The translations under genes were made by a program, and so were the position numbers. From a virus, in IMG/VR virus record IMGVR_UViG_3300037246_000990, positions 1-64,000 of that record: a stretch of 64,000 bases of DNA, one strand, 5' to 3'. Under the pieces are notes generated by a model. The model made no database searches. It was not told where the DNA came from and was given only the letters and a program-made list of their open reading frames with translations. Shown here piece after piece: positions 18,896 through 28,963 of this stretch. Each line of letters opens with the position of its first letter. Position 1 is the stretch's first letter.

Positions 18896-19607
18896 CTTGT
18901 TCTCCCTGTAGCTCGTCTTTTAGTGAAGCACACAAGTCAGCTTTGAACTGCTCAGACCCCGCCCACCAGCAACGCTCTGCCAGCAGCTCGGAGAGCTGGT
19001 GTGTGGGTGCTCGAAACGTACGTAACTCATTCAATGTCTTATACTCCCCCGTCTCCACGATTTCTGCTAGGAGCCGGTTGATCTCGTTCTTCAGCATACT
19101 CCGGTACTCGCAGCAGTCCCGGCTCAGGTTGTCCCAGTGTGTAATCAACTTTGCATCCGGCGCACCCTTGGCGTGCTCCTCTCGCTTCTGGTTCTCAAAG
19201 AAACTGAGCTTGTTGACCTCCACGATCAGGCGGTCAATCACGTCAGCCAGTGTGTTCAGATTCGGTATCTTCGTCGTAGTGATCTGTGTCAATTCTTGTC
19301 CAGGGATCGGGTGGTCTACACCGCGCTCTAGCTCCTCCAAATACTTATTCCAACGTTCCTTAGAAACAACCTCTTTGGCTTCTTTGGGCATCTCCTCATA
19401 GTCCATCGCCTCGCTAAGTTCGTATTGGTTTCTTGCTAGCTTTTTAGACATCTTCTTTGCCATACCAGAGGCTTCTATGGCTTTATTCCTAACCTCTATA
19501 TTCTCAGTTGCCCAATAGATCTCTCTAATAACTTCGCAGATAGTACGAAAATCAGTAGTATGCCCCAGCATGATCTTCTTGAATGTTCTGTCTTTCTTAT
19601 TAGTCAT
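18879..19607 (-). CDS. helical hypothetical protein within glycan cluster
   Basis: 242 aa; TLADVIDRLIVEVNKL resembles helical DUFs found in glycosyltransferase loci. Confidence 0.55.
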   Translation of the reverse strand: MTNKKDRTFKKIMLGHTTDFRTICEVIREIYWATENIEVRNKAIEASGMAKKMSKKLARNQYELSEAMDYEEMPKEAKEVVSKERWNKYLEELERGVDHPIPGQELTQITTTKIPNLNTLADVIDRLIVEVNKLSFFENQKREEHAKGAPDAKLITHWDNLSRDCCEYRSMLKNEINRLLAEIVETGEYKTLNELRTFRAPTHQLSELLAERCWWAGSEQFKADLCASLKDELQGEQDDTVE

Positions 19608-20419
19608 AGTGGTTCATACCCCTTTTGGTAAGGTGCGCGCCATCCTTCAACGCCTTCACACCAGATCTTATCGTCGTGTATCCCTCTCCTCCCTTTGCTG
19701 TTCATCCAACCAGATCGAGTCAAAGGAAACGAATACTTAGAGAAATGAAGATCAAACACGTAAGCTAAGTCAGCTTTAGTATTCATATGAGTTGGTCCTC
19801 TATACCCAAAATGAGCAAGAAGAGGAGTGTATTCTGTCATCTCTTTTGTAGCACACTTATGCTCTACTTTACTAAAACCCTTGGGCCAAGGTGTAAAGTG
19901 CGCTGTGTACGCTAGCTTTTCGAACGGTCTAAATGTGTAAGTCATCTCTTCCATTCTATGTGAGTAAGTCATGATCTCTGTAATGGGTTTGCTCCAGGTT
20001 GGGTACTCATCCAAAGCTTCCCAGCATAGATCAGGGGGTATCACAGCATTCAATAGTGTCCATATCATGCTGACTTCATCAGATCTTTCTTTAAGTGCTC
20101 GCCTCAAATCCGTCTCCCAGATCATAATATCAGACTCTACAACTTGCACCCAGGTGTCTTCAGGTCGATACCGGCTCTTTATGACTTCTAACAAAGACTT
20201 CTTCTGACCTCTATCGGTCTTATTAGGTCTCCTCTGAATGTGCTCAATCTGATCCTTGTGCCTTTTAGCGAACCCTTGGATCACGTCCCAACTGTTATCA
20301 GTGGACCCATCGTCCGCTATGACCAAGGTGTCGACATGCCTCAGCGCAGACTCGATAGTCTCCGCGATGATATCGCCTTCATTCCTATTCCACATCATCC
20401 CAACGATATGATCAGCCAT
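19604..20419 (-). CDS. glycosyltransferase family 2-like
   Basis: MMWNRNEGDII, IADDGSTD, WVQVVESD; start moved to MADHIVG. Confidence 0.8.
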   Translation of the reverse strand: MADHIVGMMWNRNEGDIIAETIESALRHVDTLVIADDGSTDNSWDVIQGFAKRHKDQIEHIQRRPNKTDRGQKKSLLEVIKSRYRPEDTWVQVVESDIMIWETDLRRALKERSDEVSMIWTLLNAVIPPDLCWEALDEYPTWSKPITEIMTYSHRMEEMTYTFRPFEKLAYTAHFTPWPKGFSKVEHKCATKEMTEYTPLLAHFGYRGPTHMNTKADLAYVFDLHFSKYSFPLTRSGWMNSKGRRGIHDDKIWCEGVEGWRAPYQKGYEPL

Positions 20420-21644
20420 CTTCTTTCCTTCTAAAGCTCTTGATCCTCCAGATGTGATCAACCTGCTCCCAACCTTCTAACTCGTCAACGACCCTTTCTA
20501 CAGTGGTCATATGGACATCATGAAAAGCGAGGATACCTCCTGGTTCTAGAAGAGGGCTCCATAGCTCAAAGTCTTTCTTACACGTTTCGTAGTGGTGGTC
20601 TGCATCAATGAAAATCATCTTGAACTTGAGGTGCTTAAGCTTCTCAGGCCACTCATGTGTATAACCCTTGCAGAACTCTGCATATTCTAGTAGGCCGCGC
20701 TCTTCGAAGACCCTTTTAACTTCAGATACAGTCTCAGCTCCATTTACTTCAAACAAGTCAACGCCGTATACCTTACCTCCTTTTAGTTGCTTTAAGGCTG
20801 TAGCGATACAGTTTACAGAACCTCCACGAAACACACCAAGGTTAACGTAGTTGCCTACGCCCAAACCCAGAGTAGTTCTGTACAACCAATGCGCCTCACT
20901 AGAAGAGTGTTGTGACTTATGAGGGTACGGGGGGTACCCCCAAGGCTTTTTCTCGTCTTTCCAAACCGGGTGATACTTGACTTGAGCAGGATGCTTTGGG
21001 CCATCGTTGCTATACCCTATCCTCATAGAAGGGTTCTTGGGCCTACCTTCATGATTAAGCTCAGTCCCTTTCTTTTCTATGAAAATCAGTCCACCAGAGT
21101 AGTAGCATACCCTATGGATATCCGTGGTGAACCCTTTCTTAGTTTGAAGGCATTCCTCTCGGATAAGTTTATCAAGGTAGTCCAGTATTCCCCAAGACTT
21201 CTTGTGACCATCCATTATATCTTCGATAGCATAAACACCGCCCGGGGCTACATGAGGCCACAGTGTTTCAAACGAAGTAATGATGTCTTGAGCAAAGTGC
21301 CCTCCATCATCTACTACAAAGTCCCAAGAAGACACTTCGGCGCTCAAACTTTCAAGAAACTTTGTGTCATCCTGATTGCCTTGTCTAAAGCGGATACGTT
21401 TCTGCCCTTCGTCTTTATACGAATCGTTAATGTCAATACCATAGATCATAGCTTTAGGAAACCAATCATGCCACATACGAAGGCTACCGCCTTCTGCAGT
21501 CCCTATCTCTAGGACATTGTTGATTAACCTTCGTTGATGCGCCAAATGAGCAGGGTAATACTCCTTGCAGTAAGCGTGAGCATAAACCCACCTTTTATCA
21601 CACTTGATAGCTTTGTGTTTGACTCCAAGTTCAAATAGATTCAT
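20412..21644 (-). CDS. tandem two-domain SAM O-methyltransferase
   Basis: VLEIGTAEGGS...DFVVDDGGH...GGVYAIED and NLGVFRGGS...IFIDADH.YE...GGILAFHD. Confidence 0.85.
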   Translation of the reverse strand: MNLFELGVKHKAIKCDKRWVYAHAYCKEYYPAHLAHQRRLINNVLEIGTAEGGSLRMWHDWFPKAMIYGIDINDSYKDEGQKRIRFRQGNQDDTKFLESLSAEVSSWDFVVDDGGHFAQDIITSFETLWPHVAPGGVYAIEDIMDGHKKSWGILDYLDKLIREECLQTKKGFTTDIHRVCYYSGGLIFIEKKGTELNHEGRPKNPSMRIGYSNDGPKHPAQVKYHPVWKDEKKPWGYPPYPHKSQHSSSEAHWLYRTTLGLGVGNYVNLGVFRGGSVNCIATALKQLKGGKVYGVDLFEVNGAETVSEVKRVFEERGLLEYAEFCKGYTHEWPEKLKHLKFKMIFIDADHHYETCKKDFELWSPLLEPGGILAFHDVHMTTVERVVDELEGWEQVDHIWRIKSFRRKEDG

Positions 21645-22558
21645 ATGTCATTCCTTTCAGGTAGAGACAAGGTACGCCACACCACTTCAGCACCTCGAAA
21701 GATGTTTTTAGCTGAGGTTCTATCTATCCCTTCTTTCCTATTCTCCCAATGAATCAAAGCTACAAGCGATTCATTCCCTACCCAAGGGAACACCATAAAC
21801 GCATCAAAGTATCGTGGAAAAGCATCTACAACAGCATCCCATGTACTTACGTCAAGTTTTCCGTACTTAGCTGAAGTGGAGATAGGTCGGGCACCGGACT
21901 TATTTCTATCTACAATGCCCTTAGGGGATCGACGCCCTTGATGCTCTAAATAGGGCATACCCAAAGAGAGCTTGCCTTCCATAGTGGCACAAGCATACTG
22001 AGGCATCCCTATGTTCTTAGGCCAAGGGTACTTAGCCTTAAGGTAGGATGCCTCGTATGTAGCTTTGTAGGCTACAATGCAACGCTCATCGAACTTCACC
22101 CATCGACACAGTGTCCGAACACTCTCAGAGTAGACAGGAAAGGTATCATTCTCTTTTGTCCAAGGGTCTCGTCTATGCCGTAGGAAGTCTAGCTGAATTC
22201 CCTCCACAGAGACATGCCCGGCCTCTTGCGCCTCTTCTACAATCTGACGTGGAGTCTTGTTCAAAAAGAAGCGGTCTCCCATAGTGATGATCACCCACAC
22301 GTCTTCCTTGTCCAAGTCATAATTCTCTTTAATCTTCTCCAACAGGTGGTGGTAGTTCGGTCTGTAGATGTTTAGTCGTTCTATGTCTCTAGCCCGCTGT
22401 ATCGCGTAGTCGGCATCTTTGACGATGCTCCATGTCTCATCAACGGAGCCATCTTCGTACACATACAACTCATCTACAAGCTCTCTGATGTGAGGATATA
22501 CTTCAGGCAAAAGGTCAGCTTCGTCACGAACACACATCATTCCAATTAGCTTAGTCAT
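21641..22558 (-). CDS. glycosyltransferase family 2-like
   Basis: GMMCVRDEADLL, VYEDGSVD; paralogue of 19604..20419. Confidence 0.75.
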   Translation of the reverse strand: MTKLIGMMCVRDEADLLPEVYPHIRELVDELYVYEDGSVDETWSIVKDADYAIQRARDIERLNIYRPNYHHLLEKIKENYDLDKEDVWVIITMGDRFFLNKTPRQIVEEAQEAGHVSVEGIQLDFLRHRRDPWTKENDTFPVYSESVRTLCRWVKFDERCIVAYKATYEASYLKAKYPWPKNIGMPQYACATMEGKLSLGMPYLEHQGRRSPKGIVDRNKSGARPISTSAKYGKLDVSTWDAVVDAFPRYFDAFMVFPWVGNESLVALIHWENRKEGIDRTSAKNIFRGAEVVWRTLSLPERNDI

Positions 22559-23108
22559 TGTACTTCACTTTCGGCAGTTTATGCGGGAGTATCCTAGCTT
22601 GATGGATCTCATAGAAGCGTTCATAAGGTAGGGACCCTAGTACCACTTTCAACTTATCGTAGCAGTACCTGGGGTCTTCCAAAGAACGAGGGCACCTCAC
22701 TACAGAGAAAGGGTGGTCTCTCTCAACCAACTGAATCAATCCCTTTCCTAGAGCTTGTCTGTATCTGGTCGCCTCGGTCTCATAATCGAACTCCTTATGG
22801 TGCTTGTTCCTTCTAAACTCTATCTCCTTCATTTGAACATCGAAAGAAGCAACTGCGAAGAAGATGTGTTCGACCTCCCACTTGTGTCTATCTATATGCT
22901 CATTGAGGTTATTAAGGAAACCCCCAAGGTGCTTGATAACTCTTGGAGTTAGAAAAGAATCCGCAGTCCCTGCTGCGATAGCCTTACGTATCCCGCTCTT
23001 TCGCATCCATTCTTGTTTACCGCCAGTCTCTAACCCACAGTCCTCAAGAAGGTGCCATATAAAACCAGACCCACAACCTCCAGTCCCCATTATTAAGACC
23101 TTACCCAT
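22551..23108 (-). CDS. P-loop sulfotransferase-like protein
   Basis: KVLIMGTGGCGSGF, PRVIK, PRSLEDP.Y; paralogue of 17608..18180. Confidence 0.55.
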   Translation of the reverse strand: MGKVLIMGTGGCGSGFIWHLLEDCGLETGGKQEWMRKSGIRKAIAAGTADSFLTPRVIKHLGGFLNNLNEHIDRHKWEVEHIFFAVASFDVQMKEIEFRRNKHHKEFDYETEATRYRQALGKGLIQLVERDHPFSVVRCPRSLEDPRYCYDKLKVVLGSLPYERFYEIHQARILPHKLPKVKYND

Positions 23109-23913
23109 TACGAAACACCATCTTCCAAGCAAATCTCAGGATCTCATTATTGAGCGGGGCGTCACCGTCTCGCTTCTGGTAGAAAAGTTTCCGGTTAACT
23201 CTGTCTTCATCGTATGTCCTCGGCACAAAATCACCACAAACATCAGACATCCACTCTGTGACAACGATACCTGGGTTAGCTCTGCCTATGTGGTAGTCAG
23301 GGTGTTGCTCTATCTTGTAATCAAAATGAGTGTCAAAGAACCCATAGCCTCCGCTCCTTGTCCCAGTGTAGTCCTCATCGAAACCATTGATGTCCAAGAA
23401 CATGTCCTTGTGCATCAACATGGTACAAGGGAGGTATCTAGTGTTCTTCGCCCAGTCTTCATTCTCAGTTACCCGGAGCCTATCGAACTTGTACATCCAA
23501 TCCTTCATCGGCTTAAGTTCCATGACCTTCTCCATGGCTCCCGGTAGGAAGGTACAATCGGAGTCCATTGTCAAAATGTAAGGAGTAGCAGCCAGCATAA
23601 AGCCAAGGTTCAACGAACCGGGAGTATTGTGCTTCAAATCATCTTCGATCCTGTATACCGTTAAATGTACGCCCTCTAGCTTCTTCTCTACCTCAGGAGT
23701 GATCAGAGACTTTAAAGATGGAGCCCCATGGTCATCTACCATGATGATCTGAAGTTCATCCTTGATCCGCTGGGGGTAGTTGCTCCAGTTCTCAACCAGT
23801 AGTTCAAACCGCTTTGGTTCTCCAAAGAAAGGGTGAAGCAACGTCAAACCTAGATCGCGTACCGACGTACTTCCGCCACCATCCTGCTGCTTAATCCTTA
23901 CAGGCGTACCCAT
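23101..23913 (-). CDS. GT-A glycosyltransferase (GT2 with GT7-like C-terminus)
   Basis: IMVDDHG, NLGF, MDSD (DxD), INGFDEDY.G..GYG..D. Confidence 0.85.
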   Translation of the reverse strand: MGTPVRIKQQDGGGSTSVRDLGLTLLHPFFGEPKRFELLVENWSNYPQRIKDELQIIMVDDHGAPSLKSLITPEVEKKLEGVHLTVYRIEDDLKHNTPGSLNLGFMLAATPYILTMDSDCTFLPGAMEKVMELKPMKDWMYKFDRLRVTENEDWAKNTRYLPCTMLMHKDMFLDINGFDEDYTGTRSGGYGFFDTHFDYKIEQHPDYHIGRANPGIVVTEWMSDVCGDFVPRTYDEDRVNRKLFYQKRDGDAPLNNEILRFAWKMVFRNG

Positions 23914-23922
23914 TGTGTTCTC

Positions 23923-24543
23923 CTAAAACCATTTACCGTTATTAGCTTTTGCTGTGATCCAGTCTCCGTGCTTGATCACTTCAATAGCACGTTGGAGGCG
24001 GTTCCCGCCTTCCCACCAGTGGAAGAAGATCTCCTTCTCTTCTATGTACTCAGGTAGTCGTCCTTCTCTGAACTGCTGCACCACACCATATCGGCCTGCA
24101 AGCTTGTTGATGTCGCTACAGTCAATCAGCTCAAGCCCTGCAGTATCAGCAGCTTCATAAAGGTGGGGGGCGTTAGCACCCCAAGGAGTGTACCACTTAG
24201 TAGCCTTTGTGTCGAACTCACACCACAGCCAATCTTTGCAGATCTCTAGTTCTGTCACAACACGCTCTACGGAGAGCGGTTTGTAGTCTTTGTGTTCGTA
24301 CCCATGGATCTCAGGTCGCATCCTCCCCGCAGCAGTCTCGGCCTTGATGAACTCTACAGCTTCTGGGAAACTCAACAGCCCTCTGTCCTGCTTCTCGATA
24401 TTGTGATACATTAGCAGCGCAGGTACATGCAGCAATTTATCGGGTAATTCACAGATCCAACCATGCACAGTTTTGAAGTGTTTGAAAGGATCGCTATAGC
24501 TGGATGAATCGATCAAAACATCGTCATCTCTTATATAGATCAT
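23923..24543 (-). CDS. polysaccharide deacetylase-like protein
   Basis: IRDDD, EIHGYEH, YTPWG, FFHWW NodB-like motifs. Confidence 0.7.
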   Translation of the reverse strand: MIYIRDDDVLIDSSSYSDPFKHFKTVHGWICELPDKLLHVPALLMYHNIEKQDRGLLSFPEAVEFIKAETAAGRMRPEIHGYEHKDYKPLSVERVVTELEICKDWLWCEFDTKATKWYTPWGANAPHLYEAADTAGLELIDCSDINKLAGRYGVVQQFREGRLPEYIEEKEIFFHWWEGGNRLQRAIEVIKHGDWITAKANNGKWF

Positions 24544-25055
24544 TTTAACCCCCGCACCAACAAAATAGGTTCCTGTTGGTAGTGTGTTGAGATCATATCC
24601 TCTAGTGTGTCCAGCCGGGTTGCAATGCGAAACCCTGCGTCAAACAGAGCCTTCTTAAGAGTAACGTCATAGAAGCCCCAGTGATGCGACATCCCAGGTA
24701 CCTCACTCTTACCATAGATTGAAGTAACCCACAACCGAACCAGCTCATGGTCGTTGTCTCTGTGCGCCTGAAGTAACCACTGTGTCGTGGCTACGATGTC
24801 AGGTACTTCTATAAACGTCGACCCTCCGTGCTCCAGCACCCGATGTATCTCTTTCAGCATCACAGGGTACTGATCCCTCTTGAGATGCTCAAGCACATGT
24901 ATGCAGTGGATCTCTTCAAACGCCCCATCAGCAAAAGGAAGCAGGCAGCCAGAGCCTATCACATTGACATCATCGAACCTACTGATGTCTATGTTCAGCC
25001 AAGCCTTGCCTCGGTACTTCCCTCTCACTCTCCCGCTCCCTATTTGTAGCTTCAT
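24540..25055 (-). CDS. SAM-dependent methyltransferase (type 11-like)
   Basis: KLQIGSG, WLNIDI, LPFADG, HVLEHL, EIHRVL..GG...IEVPD. Confidence 0.85.
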   Translation of the reverse strand: MKLQIGSGRVRGKYRGKAWLNIDISRFDDVNVIGSGCLLPFADGAFEEIHCIHVLEHLKRDQYPVMLKEIHRVLEHGGSTFIEVPDIVATTQWLLQAHRDNDHELVRLWVTSIYGKSEVPGMSHHWGFYDVTLKKALFDAGFRIATRLDTLEDMISTHYQQEPILLVRGLK

Positions 25056-25639
25056 GATAGCACTGGGTCGTTTACTACTGCAAACGGTTTACCGTCATCA
25101 CTCTGGTAAACTATGTAAGGGCAACACAACCGACTAGATACAGATATCACTACCTGTCGGTCGATAGACCGATCCATGTCGTCAAATACCCAGATCGCAG
25201 ACGTGTCGAACAAGTTCATGTACTTGAAAAACCCAGACCTAGTCTGTGGTGGGCCATCGATTAGAAGAAGGTCATACTTGATCCCTTCTAGTTTAGCTTT
25301 CAGTAGTTTAGCGTCATACCACAGCGTACTCTGGTGGTTGGCTAGTTTTTTATGCTCTTTCAATCCAACATAGAGATACGTAGAATCGTATTTATCTACG
25401 TATTCTTCATCATGCTCCACTGAGTACACCTTGTAATACTTCGCCAACTCACCGGTACTCCAACCGCTCCCCAGTTCGAGTATAGTTGACCCTTCAGGTA
25501 AAGTCTCCCGGATATAGTCAAACAACCGTTTAGTGATTGAGTAGTTATGAAAGCTTTCGTCGGTCGGGTCCGGGACCGGTATCTCTTTCTTGTACCTATT
25601 ATCTCTTGACGGCACTATTTCTCCTTGTTCTGTATCCAC
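25052..25639 (-). CDS. SAM-dependent methyltransferase
   Basis: ILELGSGWST, SVEHD, YDLLLIDGPP, VFDD. Confidence 0.8.
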   Translation of the reverse strand: MDTEQGEIVPSRDNRYKKEIPVPDPTDESFHNYSITKRLFDYIRETLPEGSTILELGSGWSTGELAKYYKVYSVEHDEEYVDKYDSTYLYVGLKEHKKLANHQSTLWYDAKLLKAKLEGIKYDLLLIDGPPQTRSGFFKYMNLFDTSAIWVFDDMDRSIDRQVVISVSSRLCCPYIVYQSDDGKPFAVVNDPVLS

Positions 25640-26181
25640 AGTAGCGTTCTTGTCTTTTCAAGCTTACTTACGTCTTCAAGCTCGTACCCCCCTCGCTCGA
25701 TAAGACTCTTATAAGTATCTAGTGTTGCTCCAAAAGGATCTCGGCGTGTAGATATAAGCTGACCTTCACTCCAATGTAAAATACAGTAACCATTAGGTTT
25801 CAGACACCGCATCCACTGGTGGAGACACAGGTCAGGAGCGTAGGTATGGTCAAAAGAATTACTATAGATGAAATCTACGTTTCCTTCCCATTCTGGTTTG
25901 ATCTCATGGAAATCCCATTCCAGAGTACCCGGGGTGTCTACGGCTACTAGGTCTGTACCTATGACTTCAGTGTCCAAGTACTTCTGGAACCACTCCTGTT
26001 CTTTACCAGTTCTAACACCATGACAAATCCCGAACTCAATAGTCCCCATCTTAGTTAACAGAATGATAGATGCAGTCTCAATCTCGTGTTCGTAGACCCA
26101 TACCCAATCAGAGGTGTGTTTACTCGCCGCTATCTGAACTCCCTTGTATTCTTCATAGTTTGTGTATTTATAGAGACCCAT
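25615..26181 (-). CDS. SAM-dependent methyltransferase
   Basis: GICHGVRTGKE, DFIYSNSFDH, LKPNG; ATG overlaps terminase stop. Confidence 0.75.
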   Translation of the reverse strand: MGLYKYTNYEEYKGVQIAASKHTSDWVWVYEHEIETASIILLTKMGTIEFGICHGVRTGKEQEWFQKYLDTEVIGTDLVAVDTPGTLEWDFHEIKPEWEGNVDFIYSNSFDHTYAPDLCLHQWMRCLKPNGYCILHWSEGQLISTRRDPFGATLDTYKSLIERGGYELEDVSKLEKTRTLLWIQNKEK

Positions 26182-28337
26182 CAGTAATCCTTGTAGTGCC
26201 ACTGGTTCTTGGATTGGAACGGGTTCTTACCTTTCCGGGGTCGTCCAAACACGTTTTCGAAGTTCTCGTCTGAGCTGGGTCTCTTTTCAGTGAATCCAGA
26301 AAGCTCCTTGTTCTCGGCCTCCCTAAGCGAAAACTCGAATGCTCTCTTCGATTCAGCATAAGGGTCACCAGTGTCAAATTTCCTGTCTGGCATAGTGAAC
26401 TGGCCTGAAAGAATTGTGAACAGCGCCATGATGAAAGCATCAGGGACGTGGTCTCCACGCACCGGATCCTTGATAATCCAACCCTTCCCTTCCTCAGTCT
26501 TAGATGCCTGTGCGCGCAGGAGCTGATCATGAAGGTAGTCACAGTTCACGTCGTCGAAATAGATGTGAGGGTGTGCAGGCTGAGCAAGAGAGTTGAGATA
26601 TTCGTAGGTTTCACGCCGCCAATTCTCCTGATTCCAGCGGCCCTTCTTGTCCTTGATTCGGAACGTCACGTCTGTAGGCCACTCCCGCTTCTCGTCTTCG
26701 AACTCATCCAGCTCATTCAGGATCGGGGGGTCGACGTCGAAGATGGTCAACACCCAGCGGTTGGGGTCACCACCAGCTTTCCGGATCCAACCAGGGACTA
26801 GATCACGAACGATGTCCATCTTCGACTTCATGGTGCGGGGGTCGTTGTCGAAGTACTCGTTCGCAGCGACCACTGTCCGACCATCAAACCCTAAGAGACA
26901 CGCAGCGAAGTTCTTCGGACCTTGATCTATCCCCAGGACCCACGCGCACCGCTCGTAGATGTCACGGGGTATCACTGTCATGTGGCGTTCTTGAATCTGG
27001 GCGAAGATCGCACCCTCCGCAGAAGTCATCAATCCTTTGAACTCCGAGTCGAACTCTGAATCCGTCAACTCCTGCCGTGCAGCCTCTATTTCGGAAGTGA
27101 CGTACGAGGGATTCTCTTCAGGGTGCATGCTATACTTGAGGAGAGAAATGTTCCAGGGGCAGCCAGCTTCAAGGGTCCGTTCGTTAGTAGGGATACGTCG
27201 CACGCGACCGCGCCCATCCTTCCCTGTCATCTGAGTAAACCTACCGAGGATCCCGCCGAAACCCTGCGGCGTACCGAAAAGTAACGTCCTACCCAACCGG
27301 GTCGTCATGCGGGCACGAAGGTGATTGTAGATATCATCCGGCACCCAACCAGGTTCAGCGATTAGAGCTAACTCTAGCGCCGTGCCAGTAATGGATCCCT
27401 TAGATTTAGCTGACTTGGTCTTCAGCACAGACCCCCACTTCGATTCGAGTGTCCGTTCTTCGGTTTTGCTGTCATACCTACTGGTGATCATATGCTTTGT
27501 ATACGGAAAGAACAAAGTATTTAAGAATTTGTTTAAGTATTCCATTTCACGCTCAGTGTCAGCATAGGTACGGCCCAGGATCCACACCTCTACACCAGGA
27601 ATCAAAAAGGCGAGAAGGGCAAACATAGCTAAAAGAAAAGACTTGCCCGATTGTGCAGCTCCTAACCCAGCTATGTTCCTTTCAGGCGCAGACAGTGCTA
27701 TAACCTGCCCTGGGTGCGGCTTCTTCCTATTATCAGCGCGATTGAGAATGATCATACGGCGGTCGAACAGAGTCTCTACCTCTTCATCCGGAGCCAAGTC
27801 CACGTCTTCGCGGAACTTGTTAAGCTTCTCATTCTTGATGTGTCGCAAAGGAAAGGTCTTATGGCAGCAAGGGCAGTGAGCCATGGAAGACCGCCACATC
27901 ATGTCAACCCACATGAGGATGAGGTTCACATCTGCGCTAGGGTCTACCATCTTCTCCAAGGCGGCGATAGCCTTGAAGCGGCTATTCCCGTGGGCATTGG
28001 AGTCGTCTCGGATAGCTTCCAGGCGGCGGTAGATGAACTGCCGCAGGCTGTCGAACTCGATATTCGACGTATCAGACAACACCTGCTGGGCAGTGACCTC
28101 TTGGTCGAGCTTCTGGGCTACTTGGAATTTGTATTTGATTATCCGCTGGGCGCGGTTGAGGTTGACGGCTTTCTGTGCGGTAGAAGACTTAGGCTCGCAA
28201 GGCCACCCAAACGCCAAGCGTGCAGCTTCGATGCACCCCATCTTGTCGAGGACCATTAGCTCCGCGAACTTCTTCTCGGACGCCTTCAGCCGCGCCTTCT
28301 TACGCGGAGCGTTTTTTGTTGTACTCTTGTTCGGCAT
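26181..28337 (-). CDS. terL: terminase large subunit with N-terminal TerS-like extension
   Basis: PHPGQ, Walker A GAAQSGKS, motif III GTPQG, RNase H-like VLGIDQG and DHVPDA. Confidence 0.9.
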   Translation of the reverse strand: MPNKSTTKNAPRKKARLKASEKKFAELMVLDKMGCIEAARLAFGWPCEPKSSTAQKAVNLNRAQRIIKYKFQVAQKLDQEVTAQQVLSDTSNIEFDSLRQFIYRRLEAIRDDSNAHGNSRFKAIAALEKMVDPSADVNLILMWVDMMWRSSMAHCPCCHKTFPLRHIKNEKLNKFREDVDLAPDEEVETLFDRRMIILNRADNRKKPHPGQVIALSAPERNIAGLGAAQSGKSFLLAMFALLAFLIPGVEVWILGRTYADTEREMEYLNKFLNTLFFPYTKHMITSRYDSKTEERTLESKWGSVLKTKSAKSKGSITGTALELALIAEPGWVPDDIYNHLRARMTTRLGRTLLFGTPQGFGGILGRFTQMTGKDGRGRVRRIPTNERTLEAGCPWNISLLKYSMHPEENPSYVTSEIEAARQELTDSEFDSEFKGLMTSAEGAIFAQIQERHMTVIPRDIYERCAWVLGIDQGPKNFAACLLGFDGRTVVAANEYFDNDPRTMKSKMDIVRDLVPGWIRKAGGDPNRWVLTIFDVDPPILNELDEFEDEKREWPTDVTFRIKDKKGRWNQENWRRETYEYLNSLAQPAHPHIYFDDVNCDYLHDQLLRAQASKTEEGKGWIIKDPVRGDHVPDAFIMALFTILSGQFTMPDRKFDTGDPYAESKRAFEFSLREAENKELSGFTEKRPSSDENFENVFGRPRKGKNPFQSKNQWHYKDY

Positions 28338-28350
28338 ATCTCCCTCGCCG

Positions 28351-28698
28351 TTACAGTTTTGTATTCGTATTCAGCTTACTCAAAACCGTTTTCTTTTTCT
28401 TTCGTTTCAGAAATTCCTCAGTGGTAGTTGCAGGTGTATTCTTAATGCGCTCTGCCTCACGCGCAAGGTTCTCTGTATAGTCAAATTCATTTGAATATGA
28501 AGAAGAGGCGCCGCTTGTTTTTCTTTTTCTTGGGATTGCAAGACTCCACGGGTCAGTCTGTTTATCTTTAGAGTATCCGCCGGTGTTTGCGCTTCTCCCT
28601 CTTAAAAGGGTACCTTGCATTGTAGTGGCGTTCGTGAATAGGTTGCTGGAGGTGGGCCCTCCAAGCAAAGTCTTAACTCTAGCCTTCGTATTAACCAC
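28351..28698 (-). CDS. basic hypothetical protein
   Basis: 115 aa, coupled. Confidence 0.5.
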   Translation of the reverse strand: MVNTKARVKTLLGGPTSSNLFTNATTMQGTLLRGRSANTGGYSKDKQTDPWSLAIPRKRKTSGASSSYSNEFDYTENLAREAERIKNTPATTTEEFLKRKKKKTVLSKLNTNTKL

Positions 28699-28963
28699 GT
28701 TTTTGCTCCTTGACGAAGCTCTTATAACGTTTCTTTATCTTTTGTGAGATCTTCTTCCGGACAGCAGTATTGGGGTTATACACTTTATCACCAGCTTTAG
28801 TGTTCCCTACAATACCGCTCTTGCCTGCTGACACGTCCCGTGTAGCTTGCGTGTTGTAAGGGCTAGACAGAGTGGCATACGAAGGTTCATAAGCGTTCGC
28901 GGCTGTTCCGAGCAACCCTTTTGAAATTCGGTCTTCTTCTTGTTCTTTTATCATTAGATCCAC
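28691..28963 (-). CDS. basic hypothetical protein
   Basis: 90 aa, coupled. Confidence 0.5.
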   Translation of the reverse strand: MDLMIKEQEEDRISKGLLGTAANAYEPSYATLSSPYNTQATRDVSAGKSGIVGNTKAGDKVYNPNTAVRKKISQKIKKRYKSFVKEQKRG

